From an uncultured Candidatus Saccharibacteria bacterium (GTDB lineage Bacteria > Patescibacteriota > Saccharimonadia > Saccharimonadales > JANWIN01): a DNA stretch of 35,631 nt. Numbering within the stretch: position 1 is the stretch's first letter; each line of letters opens with the position of its first letter. The notes under the pieces were generated by a model. The model did no database searches, was not told the DNA's origin, and was given only the letters and a program-made list of their open reading frames with translations. The stretch spans positions 1 to 35,631 of the forward strand of contig CAYYAF010000001.1 in NCBI GenBank assembly GCA_964469975.1, written 5' to 3'. This document shows positions 7,093 through 15,460 of the stretch, one piece after another. The position numbers and the translations under genes were made by a program.

Positions 7093-8763
7093 TTAGTGGC
7101 CGAAAAAGCCTCTTCCAACTTTGTCAGGTACCATTGTTAGGCTCACTCCAGCTTCGCTCAAAGTTTCGATTACATCCTTATCGGCAACTGAACCGCTAGA
7201 CGCAAGTATTGCCTTAACACCGGCGTTTGCCAAAACCATTGGTCCGTCCGGGAACGGGAAAAAGCTATCGCTGTAAGCAACCGCACCGTGTAGTTTTTCT
7301 TTATCAAGGTGAATACTCATAACGAGTTTATCCCCTTGATCCGCGAAGGTTGGAAATTCTATAGTTGTTCGTGAAATTGCCAGCTGGGCTGCTCCAACAC
7401 GGTCTTGTTGCCCAACACCGTTACCAATTACCATGCCATTTTTGGCAAGCGTGATAGTGTTGCTGTTACTGGTACTGCCTACAGCCCAAGCTAGAACTAA
7501 GTCACGCTCTTGCCGTTCGGTTAGATCACCATGCTGCTGTATATTTTCGGCCGATAGATCAATCACGAAGGTATAGTTTGGCTGTTCGAGCACTCCACCG
7601 GCTACGTGGCGTTTTAGTCTGGTTGTGTCGAGTGATTGTTCACTCAAATTATCAAGTGCAGGGTTAACGACTACTCGTAGTTTCTTACGGCTTAGTAGCT
7701 CCAGTGCATCATCAGTCACTCTCGAACCAATAACCCCATCTAGTAAGCGATTATTATCACCGTCCGTCATATGAGTCATTAATACTTCGGCAACTTCTAC
7801 ATCAATTTCACCATTAATCATAACAACCCCGCCAAAAATAGCGCGGGTATCACCTTCAAGCATTTTTTTGGCAGCTTCGGCATGAGTTTCGGCCACACCA
7901 GCCCCACATGCATTACCATGCTTAACGCCAACGACCATCGGTGGTACTTCGCCAAAGTTACGCTCAAACCCTGCTGCAATGTGAGTTGAGGTTTGAACAA
8001 GACGAAGAATATCAGTCTCGTTAATAAAACTAAGCTCCCAGCCTTTTACATGTTCAAATTGGTCTAGGCCAAGAGGATTTATGTTAACTCGGTTATCAGC
8101 ATAAAGAGCAGCTTCTGCCTGCTGAGGATTCTCCCCATATTTTGTAGAAGCAAACTTTTTAGCTACAGAAACTGAGACGTCCGTTCCATTCCAATATGCC
8201 GCTTCCATCGAAGTATAGCGCGCAACTTCGTATACAGCTCTCGCAGCTAAAGATCTAACAAACTCTGCTTCATCGGGTTTACCAGCACGAAGCCAATCTA
8301 GTACTTGTTCACGTTGTTCAGGTACAGATAGTACAATACGTCTACCTTTGGCGGCTTCGCGTAACATGTTAGGTCCACCAATATCTGATTGAGCTAAAAC
8401 TGAGTCAGGAGTAGAATCTGGCTTAGCTATTTCCTCTTCAAGTGGATAAGAATCCTGGCAGACAAGATGAATTACCGGGTGACCGAGTCTTCGCATTTCT
8501 TCCATCTCTTGCTCGTCGTTAACATCTGCCAAGAGTCCTGCTGCGATTTCTCGAGACAATGTTACAACTTTGTGGCCAAGTATTGCTCCTCCGCCTACTA
8601 ATTCGGCCACGTCAGTAGCTGGCACCCCAGCTTCAGCTATTGTTCGAAACGTACCACCAGAGGCATAAATTTGCCAATCCAGCTCATGTAATCCCCCAGC
8701 AAACTCGACGATACCAGATTTATCATAGACAGAAATTAACGCGTTTCCCGCTGCTTCACTCAT
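7093..8763 (-). CDS. purH: Bifunctional AICAR transformylase / IMP cyclohydrolase (divergent N-terminal domain)
   Basis: 556-aa ORF with ALISVYDKSG, ASGGT and SDIGGPNMLREAAKG in the MGS-like IMPCH domain, a C-terminal AICARFT domain ending in DSFFPFPDG, and an AGGAGG SD. Confidence 0.8.
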   Translation of the reverse strand: MSEAAGNALISVYDKSGIVEFAGGLHELDWQIYASGGTFRTIAEAGVPATDVAELVGGGAILGHKVVTLSREIAAGLLADVNDEQEMEEMRRLGHPVIHLVCQDSYPLEEEIAKPDSTPDSVLAQSDIGGPNMLREAAKGRRIVLSVPEQREQVLDWLRAGKPDEAEFVRSLAARAVYEVARYTSMEAAYWNGTDVSVSVAKKFASTKYGENPQQAEAALYADNRVNINPLGLDQFEHVKGWELSFINETDILRLVQTSTHIAAGFERNFGEVPPMVVGVKHGNACGAGVAETHAEAAKKMLEGDTRAIFGGVVMINGEIDVEVAEVLMTHMTDGDNNRLLDGVIGSRVTDDALELLSRKKLRVVVNPALDNLSEQSLDTTRLKRHVAGGVLEQPNYTFVIDLSAENIQQHGDLTERQERDLVLAWAVGSTSNSNTITLAKNGMVIGNGVGQQDRVGAAQLAISRTTIEFPTFADQGDKLVMSIHLDKEKLHGAVAYSDSFFPFPDGPMVLANAGVKAILASSGSVADKDVIETLSEAGVSLTMVPDKVGRGFFGH

Positions 8764-8992
8764 AACCCCTCCTGTTAAGCCACCACTCTCGTTTATACAA
8801 ATCTAAGTATCATATAGCTACGCCCACAGAGCAAGCATAAGTACTATAGAATAACATTACCAGACAAGCGCTCGAATACAGTGGCGTAGAGACCACTAAG
8901 CATAGGCTGGAGTTCGTCAACATCCATACTGCCCTCAATGCCAAAGCAGCGATACAATTCATCGCTAGTCTTAAGAAGTTCCTCGACAATAT

Positions 8993-10060
8993 TTATATTG
9001 CTTCGGGTATTGGTTGAAGCGTTAAGGTGATTCCATTAGTTGCAATTGCCGAACTATAAACAGTCTCACTGGCAATTAATGTACGTTGAAGACCTAACCG
9101 TACTATGTGCAATATCATTGCTTCATAACCCATCTTCATGTTTAACAAACAGGCCTTGGGAAAATTACCATAGCCTTCAATTAAACTAGGTATTAAATTG
9201 GCTTCCAGAAAATGCGGTGTACCTGCAGCGTCTAATCTGATATCAATGCGTCCATAGTCACGTGCACCTATGGCATGAAAAACATTAATTGCTAGTTCAC
9301 TAACTTTTGATTTCATAATTTCATCCGTAATTTCTAGCAGTTGTTCATTATCAGCAGTTTTTACTTGTGAGCTTAAAATACGCTCACCGTGTTCATCCTG
9401 TGGCGCCAACAGCTCAATTGGCATAATTGAGTATCCATCCAGATCTTGGTTTTTTAATATGGCCACACTAAATTCACGGCCCGGTAAATATTCTTCTATA
9501 AGTGAGCTAGACTTAAACTCATCGGCTAGTGAGCTGACTTTTGATTTCAGTTGCGCAAAATTGTGAACCACCGAATCACTATCAATACCAAGCCCACCAC
9601 CCCGATTGGTTGGCTTAACAAATAACGGATAGTTAAGACTTATCTGTTCTTCTCTGAGTGAGTTGCTCTGTAAAACTTCGTAAAAAGATGCTGTTTTAAG
9701 TCCTGCTTTTTGAGCGCGCAGTTTTGCTTGGGGCTTATTAAGCTCAGTCTCGTGCGCTCTTTGATCTGACCCCGTATAGGCAATATTGCGGCTATCTAGG
9801 TAATCCGTTATCCAAATTTTATTTGCACCGTGTGTACCAAAAGCAGTATTGATGGGTACGAATTTTGCACCCAAAAAAACCAGATCCGGCCTTAAAGATA
9901 CGAGCTCTTCAAGATCTGAAAGGTTATTAACAATAGTTACGCCAACTTGCCTATAGTGTTTAGACAATGTCGCATAAATTGCGTTACACGATCTTTGGCT
10001 CATAGAGCTGAGACCGGGTTTATTTGAGCGTACAATTTCAATATGTTGATTTATTTTCAT
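8993..10060 (-). CDS. ATP-grasp enzyme of the D-Ala-D-Ala ligase family (second, non-canonical paralog)
   Basis: 355-aa ORF with Ddl-like layout: N-terminal Rossmann-like part, YPLFVKPTNRGGGLGI (ATP-grasp Lys and Gly loop), EEYLPGREFSV, and RIDIRLDAAGTPHFLEANLIPSL (Mg/ATP-binding E-x-N). The canonical ddl is at 33394..34305. Confidence 0.7.
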   Translation of the reverse strand: MKINQHIEIVRSNKPGLSSMSQRSCNAIYATLSKHYRQVGVTIVNNLSDLEELVSLRPDLVFLGAKFVPINTAFGTHGANKIWITDYLDSRNIAYTGSDQRAHETELNKPQAKLRAQKAGLKTASFYEVLQSNSLREEQISLNYPLFVKPTNRGGGLGIDSDSVVHNFAQLKSKVSSLADEFKSSSLIEEYLPGREFSVAILKNQDLDGYSIMPIELLAPQDEHGERILSSQVKTADNEQLLEITDEIMKSKVSELAINVFHAIGARDYGRIDIRLDAAGTPHFLEANLIPSLIEGYGNFPKACLLNMKMGYEAMILHIVRLGLQRTLIASETVYSSAIATNGITLTLQPIPEAI

Positions 10061-10130
10061 ACAATAACCATCTTATCGGACCCATAAACAGGCCTGAATG
10101 CATTAGTTGAAGATATTAATTCTTACTTAA

Positions 10131-10421
10131 TTAGTATCGACGGAAACTACCGCCGCCGGCTGGGCGTCGGTCTTCTTGTGGTCGAGCTTGATTAACCACA
10201 ATAGAGCGGCCGCTAACCTCTTTACCGTTTAGTTCTTTAATAGCGTTTTGTCCGTCTTTGACATCTTCCATTTCTACAAAGCCGAAGCCCTTAGATTGGC
10301 CACTATCACGGTCTTTAATAACTGTTGCACTAACAACTTTACCTTGCTGCGCAAACATTTCTTCAAGTTCTTTGTCTGTAACTGCGTAAGCTAATCCGCC
10401 TACATAAAGTTTCATTGCCAT
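10131..10421 (-). CDS. RRM-type RNA-binding protein with Gly/Arg tail
   Basis: 96-aa ORF with RNP-2 LYVGGL, RNP-1 KGFGFVEM, the C-terminal RRPAGGGSFRRY, and an AAGGAAGGA SD. Confidence 0.85.
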   Translation of the reverse strand: MAMKLYVGGLAYAVTDKELEEMFAQQGKVVSATVIKDRDSGQSKGFGFVEMEDVKDGQNAIKELNGKEVSGRSIVVNQARPQEDRRPAGGGSFRRY

Positions 10422-10444
10422 TTTAATATTCCTTCCTTTTACTT

Positions 10445-10486
10445 AATATCGCTCGCGCTTATTAACTACTAACCGCGGGTGATATT
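10445..10486 (-). promoter_or_regulatory. 13-bp stem / 16-nt loop hairpin in the 5' UTR of the RRM gene
   Basis: aatatcgctcgcg ... cgcgggtgatatt (includes G-U pairs) lies 24-65 nt upstream of the start codon. Confidence 0.45.
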
Positions 10487-10543
10487 AGGCCCAAAGGGCG
10501 AATTATGACAACGGAGAGGTATTGTAACCACTTGCTTAAGCTT

Positions 10544-10552
10544 AGTATAACA
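10544..10552 (-). promoter_or_regulatory. Extended -10 promoter (TGtTATACT) for the RRM gene
   Basis: Minus-strand TGTTATACT about 120 nt upstream of the ATG, which implies a leader of about 115 nt. Confidence 0.4.
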
Positions 10553-10686
10553 TACTAAAAGATAATTGCATAACTATATAGTTACTTTTGCAAACCTACC
10601 AGCTTATCCCTATGTTCAGTCAAGTAAGATACTTATGTTCTGTAAACGAGTATATAATGTAAAAAGTAATCAGTTTGGAGATTATT

Positions 10687-11043
10687 ATGAAAAAGAAGAG
10701 TTTATTGCGAAATTCAGATGGCCTTGCTAGGGCGTGGATTATTTTAATAATCGTGTTATCGGTACTAGTGGTCGGAGGAATTGGCTATGCCTGGGGTAGA
10801 AATAATGCCCAAGCCGACGCCAAGGCTAAATACGACCAACAAGTCCAAACTCTTCAGCAAGATTTGAATACAGCCAAAGCAGCGGTAAACACTGGAGCTC
10901 AACAGGGCCAGCAAACTGTCGAGCAGTTGCAAGCCGAAAACGCCCAACTTAAGAAGACTGTTGACGAGCAAAAACAGAAAATTACTGATCTAGAAAAACA
11001 GCTAGAAGAAGCACAGTCTGCACCTCCAACCGGGGCACCGTAA
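10687..11043 (+). CDS. Membrane-anchored coiled-coil protein
   Basis: The ATG at 10687 is preceded by GGAG; the track's TTG at 10675 is less likely. One N-terminal TM helix, then a Q/A/K/E-rich heptad-like region. TATAAT at 10653-10658. Confidence 0.6.
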   Translation: MKKKSLLRNSDGLARAWIILIIVLSVLVVGGIGYAWGRNNAQADAKAKYDQQVQTLQQDLNTAKAAVNTGAQQGQQTVEQLQAENAQLKKTVDEQKQKITDLEKQLEEAQSAPPTGAP

Positions 11044-11052
11044 ATAAATTTA

Positions 11053-12825
11053 TTAGCTTTTGTTTTGTGACAAAATTTGGACTGAATAGGGAGCAAGATC
11101 AAAAGTGCCGTTACCATTTTTGCTGATGATTTCAGGTTCACCATCCTCTTTAAAGTCATGTCCATAGCCTTTCCAGCTGCTATTGAAAAGTACTTGCCAT
11201 TTGCCGTCGCGGGGCATGCCTAAAGAATAGTTTTCATATTTTTTATTAGATAAATTAATGACTATAACTACATCGTCTTTAGGTCCACCTTTATCCCAAC
11301 GATGGTAAGCCATTACTTTATCGGTGTCATTTAGATGCAGAATATTAATATTATTTCCACTTAAACCAGCACTATTTTTGTGTTGGTTTTTACGGAGCGC
11401 AATGAGATGTTTATGAGCTAAAACAATGCCGTCAAATTTTTCTACCCTTTCCCACTCAAGGGCTTGCCAATCGTTAAAATAGCCGTCCTGTAAGAATTCT
11501 TGCCCCTGAAATAGCATGGGAATTCCTGGTGCTGTTAAAACTATTGCCGCCGCCAAAATTGATCGTTTACGTACGTAAATGCTGTCCGCCTTGCCGGGAG
11601 CAAGCTCCTCACTCAAACGCTGGGCTCCATTAGCATCAGAATCATGGGAGTCGCTGTATACTACTCTCTGAAAAGCATTACCGTTATAGTTGCGCTTGAG
11701 CATGTCACACACTGCAATTAAGTTTCTGTCGGCATCGTTTAATGCATTGAGTGCTTGGCGAAGCACGCTAGGAAACGTTACTTCCCACTGGCTTAAAAAG
11801 CCGGCGCCGCCTTCGTTTATGGATTTAGTAATGTAGTTATTGCCGGATGTGTCTTCGGCGATCATAAGAGCGTTAGGCTTGAGTTTATGAGCTAGTTTGT
11901 TGATGTCTTGCATTAGCCACCAGGCCTCAGGTATGTCGTTAGCAGGGTCATCATTGTGCCCAGCTACATTACGTAAATAAATTGTTGAGTCTAAACGTAA
12001 TCCATCAACGTGGCAATCATGCAGCCACATTTTAACGTTATCAAGAATATATTGCCGCACTTCTGTTCGGCCATAATCTGGCCGGGTCTGGCCCCACGGA
12101 GTACTACTGCGCCAATCATTATAAAAATATATACCGCCTTTGGTGTCTTCGCCCCAACCATCAAATCGCCACAAGTCCAGGCCATCACCTGGACCAAAGT
12201 GGTTATATACAACATCTAGGACTATACCTATTCCCTTAGCGTGAGCCGCTTTAACAAATTTCATAAATTCACGGCGCCCACCATACAAGCTTTCTACCGC
12301 ATAAATATAATCTGGCGCGTAACCCCAGCCTTTGTCATAAGACATGCTGTTTATGGGCATGATTTTAATCATATTTATCCCAAGACCCGCAAGATAACTT
12401 AGTTTTTCTGAGGCGTTTGCAAATGTACCTTGCACAGCTAAATCTGGCCTGTAAAATGTTCCAATATGAAGTTCGTATATTACAGCTTCATTAAGGGGTG
12501 GCGGTGAATAATTATCATCCTCCCAATCAAACTCCGGATCAGTAATTACTGAATTACCTTGGGTTGTGGTCAGCTGCAAAGATCTTGGATCATTTTTAAA
12601 TAATTCACCGTTGTCTGTCCGGATAACATATTTATATTCCTGTCCGGCTTCGGCATGATCAACTTCAGTCGCCCAGTAGCCATCGCCATCCTGTGTTAGC
12701 TCATTTCTTCCCCAATTATTAAACGCTCCCGCTACTGCCACGCTTTTAGCAAACGGCGCCCAGACTCTAAAAGTTACGCCATGTTTACCCAGAACAGCAC
12801 CAATGTCCTTCTTGTTTGTAGCCAT
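11053..12825 (-). CDS. CBM48-GH13 alpha-glucan-active enzyme (branching-enzyme / TreZ-like; subfamily unresolved)
   Basis: 590-aa ORF with an N-terminal E-set/CBM48-like region (FRVWAP...GYW...YKY). GH13 regions: I DVVYNH, II GLRLDSTIY, III LMIAEDTSG, IV YSDSHD. Confidence 0.8.
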   Translation of the reverse strand: MATNKKDIGAVLGKHGVTFRVWAPFAKSVAVAGAFNNWGRNELTQDGDGYWATEVDHAEAGQEYKYVIRTDNGELFKNDPRSLQLTTTQGNSVITDPEFDWEDDNYSPPPLNEAVIYELHIGTFYRPDLAVQGTFANASEKLSYLAGLGINMIKIMPINSMSYDKGWGYAPDYIYAVESLYGGRREFMKFVKAAHAKGIGIVLDVVYNHFGPGDGLDLWRFDGWGEDTKGGIYFYNDWRSSTPWGQTRPDYGRTEVRQYILDNVKMWLHDCHVDGLRLDSTIYLRNVAGHNDDPANDIPEAWWLMQDINKLAHKLKPNALMIAEDTSGNNYITKSINEGGAGFLSQWEVTFPSVLRQALNALNDADRNLIAVCDMLKRNYNGNAFQRVVYSDSHDSDANGAQRLSEELAPGKADSIYVRKRSILAAAIVLTAPGIPMLFQGQEFLQDGYFNDWQALEWERVEKFDGIVLAHKHLIALRKNQHKNSAGLSGNNINILHLNDTDKVMAYHRWDKGGPKDDVVIVINLSNKKYENYSLGMPRDGKWQVLFNSSWKGYGHDFKEDGEPEIISKNGNGTFDLAPYSVQILSQNKS

Positions 12826-12886
12826 TGAACACTATTATGCTTATGGATAGTTATTTAGACAATCCCTAGTGCTTAATTTTTATGCG

Positions 12887-13306
12887 TTAACCTTCTAGTG
12901 AAGTGCTTTCGGTTTGGCCGGCTGGTTTAAGAATAGCGTCTACCAATTGATCAAGCTGGTCATTTGATAGATTGGCTTTAACGGCATAGCCTTCAATACC
13001 CATATCTCGAAGACCTGCGGGCGCATCTTCTTCGTTTAGATTAGACATAATGAATACCGGAATTTGCCTGCCCCAATCACTTTTGCGCATGGTTTCTAGA
13101 ATTTGGTCACCTGCTATTTTTGGTACCATAAGATCAAGCAGTACAAGGTCTGGTTTTTCTTTTTCAATTATATTAAGGGCAGCAACACCATCATAGGCAA
13201 GTAAAACGCTGTAGCCCAGTAGTTCAAGCCTTGTTTTATAAATATCGGCCAGGCTAGCCTTATCTTCTACAATTACTATTTTTTGTGATTTTCCAAATTG
13301 ATCCAT
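12887..13306 (-). CDS. Stand-alone response-regulator receiver (CheY-like) protein
   Basis: 139-aa ORF with IVIVEDK, the phospho-acceptor context LVLLDLMVPK, FIMSNL and YAVKA. No output domain. Confidence 0.85.
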   Translation of the reverse strand: MDQFGKSQKIVIVEDKASLADIYKTRLELLGYSVLLAYDGVAALNIIEKEKPDLVLLDLMVPKIAGDQILETMRKSDWGRQIPVFIMSNLNEEDAPAGLRDMGIEGYAVKANLSNDQLDQLVDAILKPAGQTESTSLEG

Positions 13307-13320
13307 GGACTAATTTTAAA

Positions 13321-13785
13321 TTACTTTATAAAAACTTTCCAATAACTAAATACATAAAATCCGCTAGCAATTACTACTCCCGTAAGCATCCAGCGTATAT
13401 AAATCTTTTTATTTAGATCCAGTGCGTAAACTGCAACGGTAGACAGCAGTACTCCCGGGAAGATTGGGCACACAAAAGAAAAAAATCTAAGCCCGTGTTT
13501 ATTTATAAATTCACCGGCTTTGACAACGGCCTTGTTGCTATCACCCTCTTCAAACGCATTAACTACTTTTTTTCCTACGCGTCTTTTACTGGCTTTTTCT
13601 TTAAATTCATTGCTAGTAATTCTATTGCCGATATAAATTACCACAATAGCTGATACTAAAGAGCCTAAGGCATTACCAAGCCATACTATATAAGGTGAGC
13701 TGTTAACATTAAAGCTAAAAGGTATAGAGGCGCCACCCAATAATATGCACAAAACAGCTATTTTAATTATATCTATTAGTATCAT
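13321..13785 (-). CDS. Small polytopic membrane protein (possibly small-multidrug-export-like)
   Basis: 154-aa ORF with 4 hydrophobic segments and a charged central loop. The family assignment is tentative. Confidence 0.45.
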   Translation of the reverse strand: MILIDIIKIAVLCILLGGASIPFSFNVNSSPYIVWLGNALGSLVSAIVVIYIGNRITSNEFKEKASKRRVGKKVVNAFEEGDSNKAVVKAGEFINKHGLRFFSFVCPIFPGVLLSTVAVYALDLNKKIYIRWMLTGVVIASGFYVFSYWKVFIK

Positions 13786-13985
13786 GTTTTTTGTTTAGTA
13801 CGGTGGCCTTATTTTAACTTTCAACCTTTATTGTAAGCCTTTTCTAAATCAGTAACTATGATTTTTTTGCATATTTATCCGCTCGCGACGTAAGTTTTGT
13901 GTATTAATTTTACAAAATACATAATTTAGGCCTGTAAGTTTTCTTTAGTCATTAGATATATAGTAAACTTTTGTTAGGGATATTT

Positions 13986-14330
13986 ATGGCTCAAAGACAA
14001 AGTCCTGAAGAAAAAGAACTTATAAAAACCAGGTTGCAGCTACGACTTGTAGCGGCTACTGCTCTAGTTGTTTTGGCAAGTGGTACTGTAATTTATCATC
14101 GTTTAATAAATTTAAGCTGGATGGATGCGTTGTACTTTTCTACAATTACCTTGGCAACAGTTGGTTACGGCGACATTGTGCCTAAAACACCTATTGCTAA
14201 GTTATTTACAATTTTCTATGTATTAATTGGTATTGGTATTATTGCAACTTTTGCTAGTTTGCTTATAAAAAATGCTGGCGCAAAACGCGCGCATAGGCAC
14301 GAACAGCATAAAGATAACAATAAAGATTAA
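13986..14330 (+). CDS. Minimal two-TM potassium channel (pore module only)
   Basis: Contains the selectivity filter TLATVGYGD between two TM helices. About 114 aa from the ATG at 13986 (AGGGA SD); the track's TTG at 13971 is less likely. No RCK or other cytoplasmic domain. Confidence 0.8.
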   Translation: MAQRQSPEEKELIKTRLQLRLVAATALVVLASGTVIYHRLINLSWMDALYFSTITLATVGYGDIVPKTPIAKLFTIFYVLIGIGIIATFASLLIKNAGAKRAHRHEQHKDNNKD

Positions 14331-14376
14331 TACTCTTATTAACAAAATTATGGTCTAGTTTTAGTATTGACTTTGC

Positions 14377-14385
14377 TGTTATACT
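14377..14385 (+). promoter_or_regulatory. Extended -10 promoter (TGtTATACT)
   Basis: 26 nt upstream of the ATG at 14411 and 14 nt upstream of the AAGGAGGG SD. Confidence 0.5.
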
Positions 14386-14410
14386 AAAAATATTAACTAA
14401 GGAGGGTTTT

Positions 14411-14818
14411 ATGGCTAAACAAACTAATTATAGTGACCCTAGTAGCTGGGTCGGCTGGATTTACTTTGCCGGCTTTATGCTTATACTACTGGGTTTCTTT
14501 CATATCTTGGCGGGGGTAGTATCTTTGTTTAAAAATGATATTTTAGTTCATACAGCTTCGGGCTCCACCTGGGTGTTCAACACTACAGCCTGGGGATGGA
14601 TTCACATAGCTGGGGGAGCTTTAGCATGGCTGGCCGGTTCAGCTCTAATGAGAGGTCAAACGTGGGCTCGCGTTTTAACAGTTATAATAGTGGTACTAAG
14701 CGCATTAGCTAACATGGCCTTCGTGCCCATATATCCAGTTTGGTCTATCTTGATAATAGCCGTTGATATACTAATAATTTATGCTGTTAGTGTTCACGGG
14801 CGCGAACTTGAAATATAA
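14411..14818 (+). CDS. DUF7144-like 4-TM membrane protein, paralog 1
   Basis: 135-aa ORF with strong AAGGAGGG SD and the blocks GW..FAG, WGW.H...G, WAR and YPVWSI. Confidence 0.7.
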   Translation: MAKQTNYSDPSSWVGWIYFAGFMLILLGFFHILAGVVSLFKNDILVHTASGSTWVFNTTAWGWIHIAGGALAWLAGSALMRGQTWARVLTVIIVVLSALANMAFVPIYPVWSILIIAVDILIIYAVSVHGRELEI

Positions 14819-14839
14819 ATCTAACTAAAACAAACTTTT

Positions 14840-14875
14840 AAAAAGTCGCTAAAAAAGCGACTTTTTAATTTTTAA
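14840..14875 (+). terminator. Rho-independent terminator
   Basis: Hairpin aaaaagtcgc-taaaaaa-gcgacttttt followed by aattttt. Confidence 0.6.
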
Positions 14876-14937
14876 TCTATGATCAACTTTAGTAATAAAC
14901 AGTAGCGTTTATATTACTTTTTTACTACACAATTTTA

Positions 14938-14966
14938 TTGACAGTTATATTATTTAGTTGTAAATA
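14938..14966 (+). promoter_or_regulatory. Sigma70-like promoter for paralog 2
   Basis: TTGACA-N17-TAAATA with TG immediately upstream of the -10 box. Confidence 0.5.
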
Positions 14967-14995
14967 TAAAATTGTAACTAATAAGGAGGGGTTTT

Positions 14996-15403
14996 ATGCC
15001 AACTAATAGCAGGAGTGAGGGCTCTAGCATGACAGGTTGGGTGTTTTTTGCTGGGGTGCTCATGATTTTAAGAGGAGCTTCCCAAGCTTTTTTGGGTATT
15101 ACGGCACTAGTAAACAAAAATTATTTATTTGTAAGTAGCGATCGACTTGTGGTTGCAACAACCAACATTACGACATGGGGCTGGCTGCATTTAGCTATCG
15201 GTGTATTAGTGTTAGCGGCTGGGTTTTCACTTTTACACGGCAGCAATTGGGCAAGAATTTTTGCCATTTTCTTTATGGGCATAGCTTTTTTGTTCAACAT
15301 GACATATCTGGGTGTTTTCCCAGTTTGGTCAATTGTAGCCATGATAATTGACGTAGTAGTAATTTACGCCCTGGTAGTTCAAGGCGATAGTTCAAACGTT
15401 TAG
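14996..15403 (+). CDS. DUF7144-like 4-TM membrane protein, paralog 2
   Basis: 135 aa, the same length as paralog 1, and colinear with it at about 35-40% identity by eye (GW.FFAG, TWGW.H.A.G, NWARI, FPVWSI, VIYAL). The AAGGAGGGG SD has near-identical spacing. Confidence 0.7.
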   Translation: MPTNSRSEGSSMTGWVFFAGVLMILRGASQAFLGITALVNKNYLFVSSDRLVVATTNITTWGWLHLAIGVLVLAAGFSLLHGSNWARIFAIFFMGIAFLFNMTYLGVFPVWSIVAMIIDVVVIYALVVQGDSSNV

Positions 15404-15460
15404 AGACCCTTTTCCCTATGTTTGCATAACCTATGCTTAAATTGAGCTAGGAGTTTAGTT

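Noticed and set aside
8764-8992. ZTP (pfl) or purine riboswitch upstream of purH.
   Set aside because: I read the minus-strand leader by eye. Neither the pfl-type conserved G/C-rich core (GACUGGCG ... CCGCCUGGGC as I recall it) nor the purine-riboswitch core is present. An Infernal scan would be decisive.
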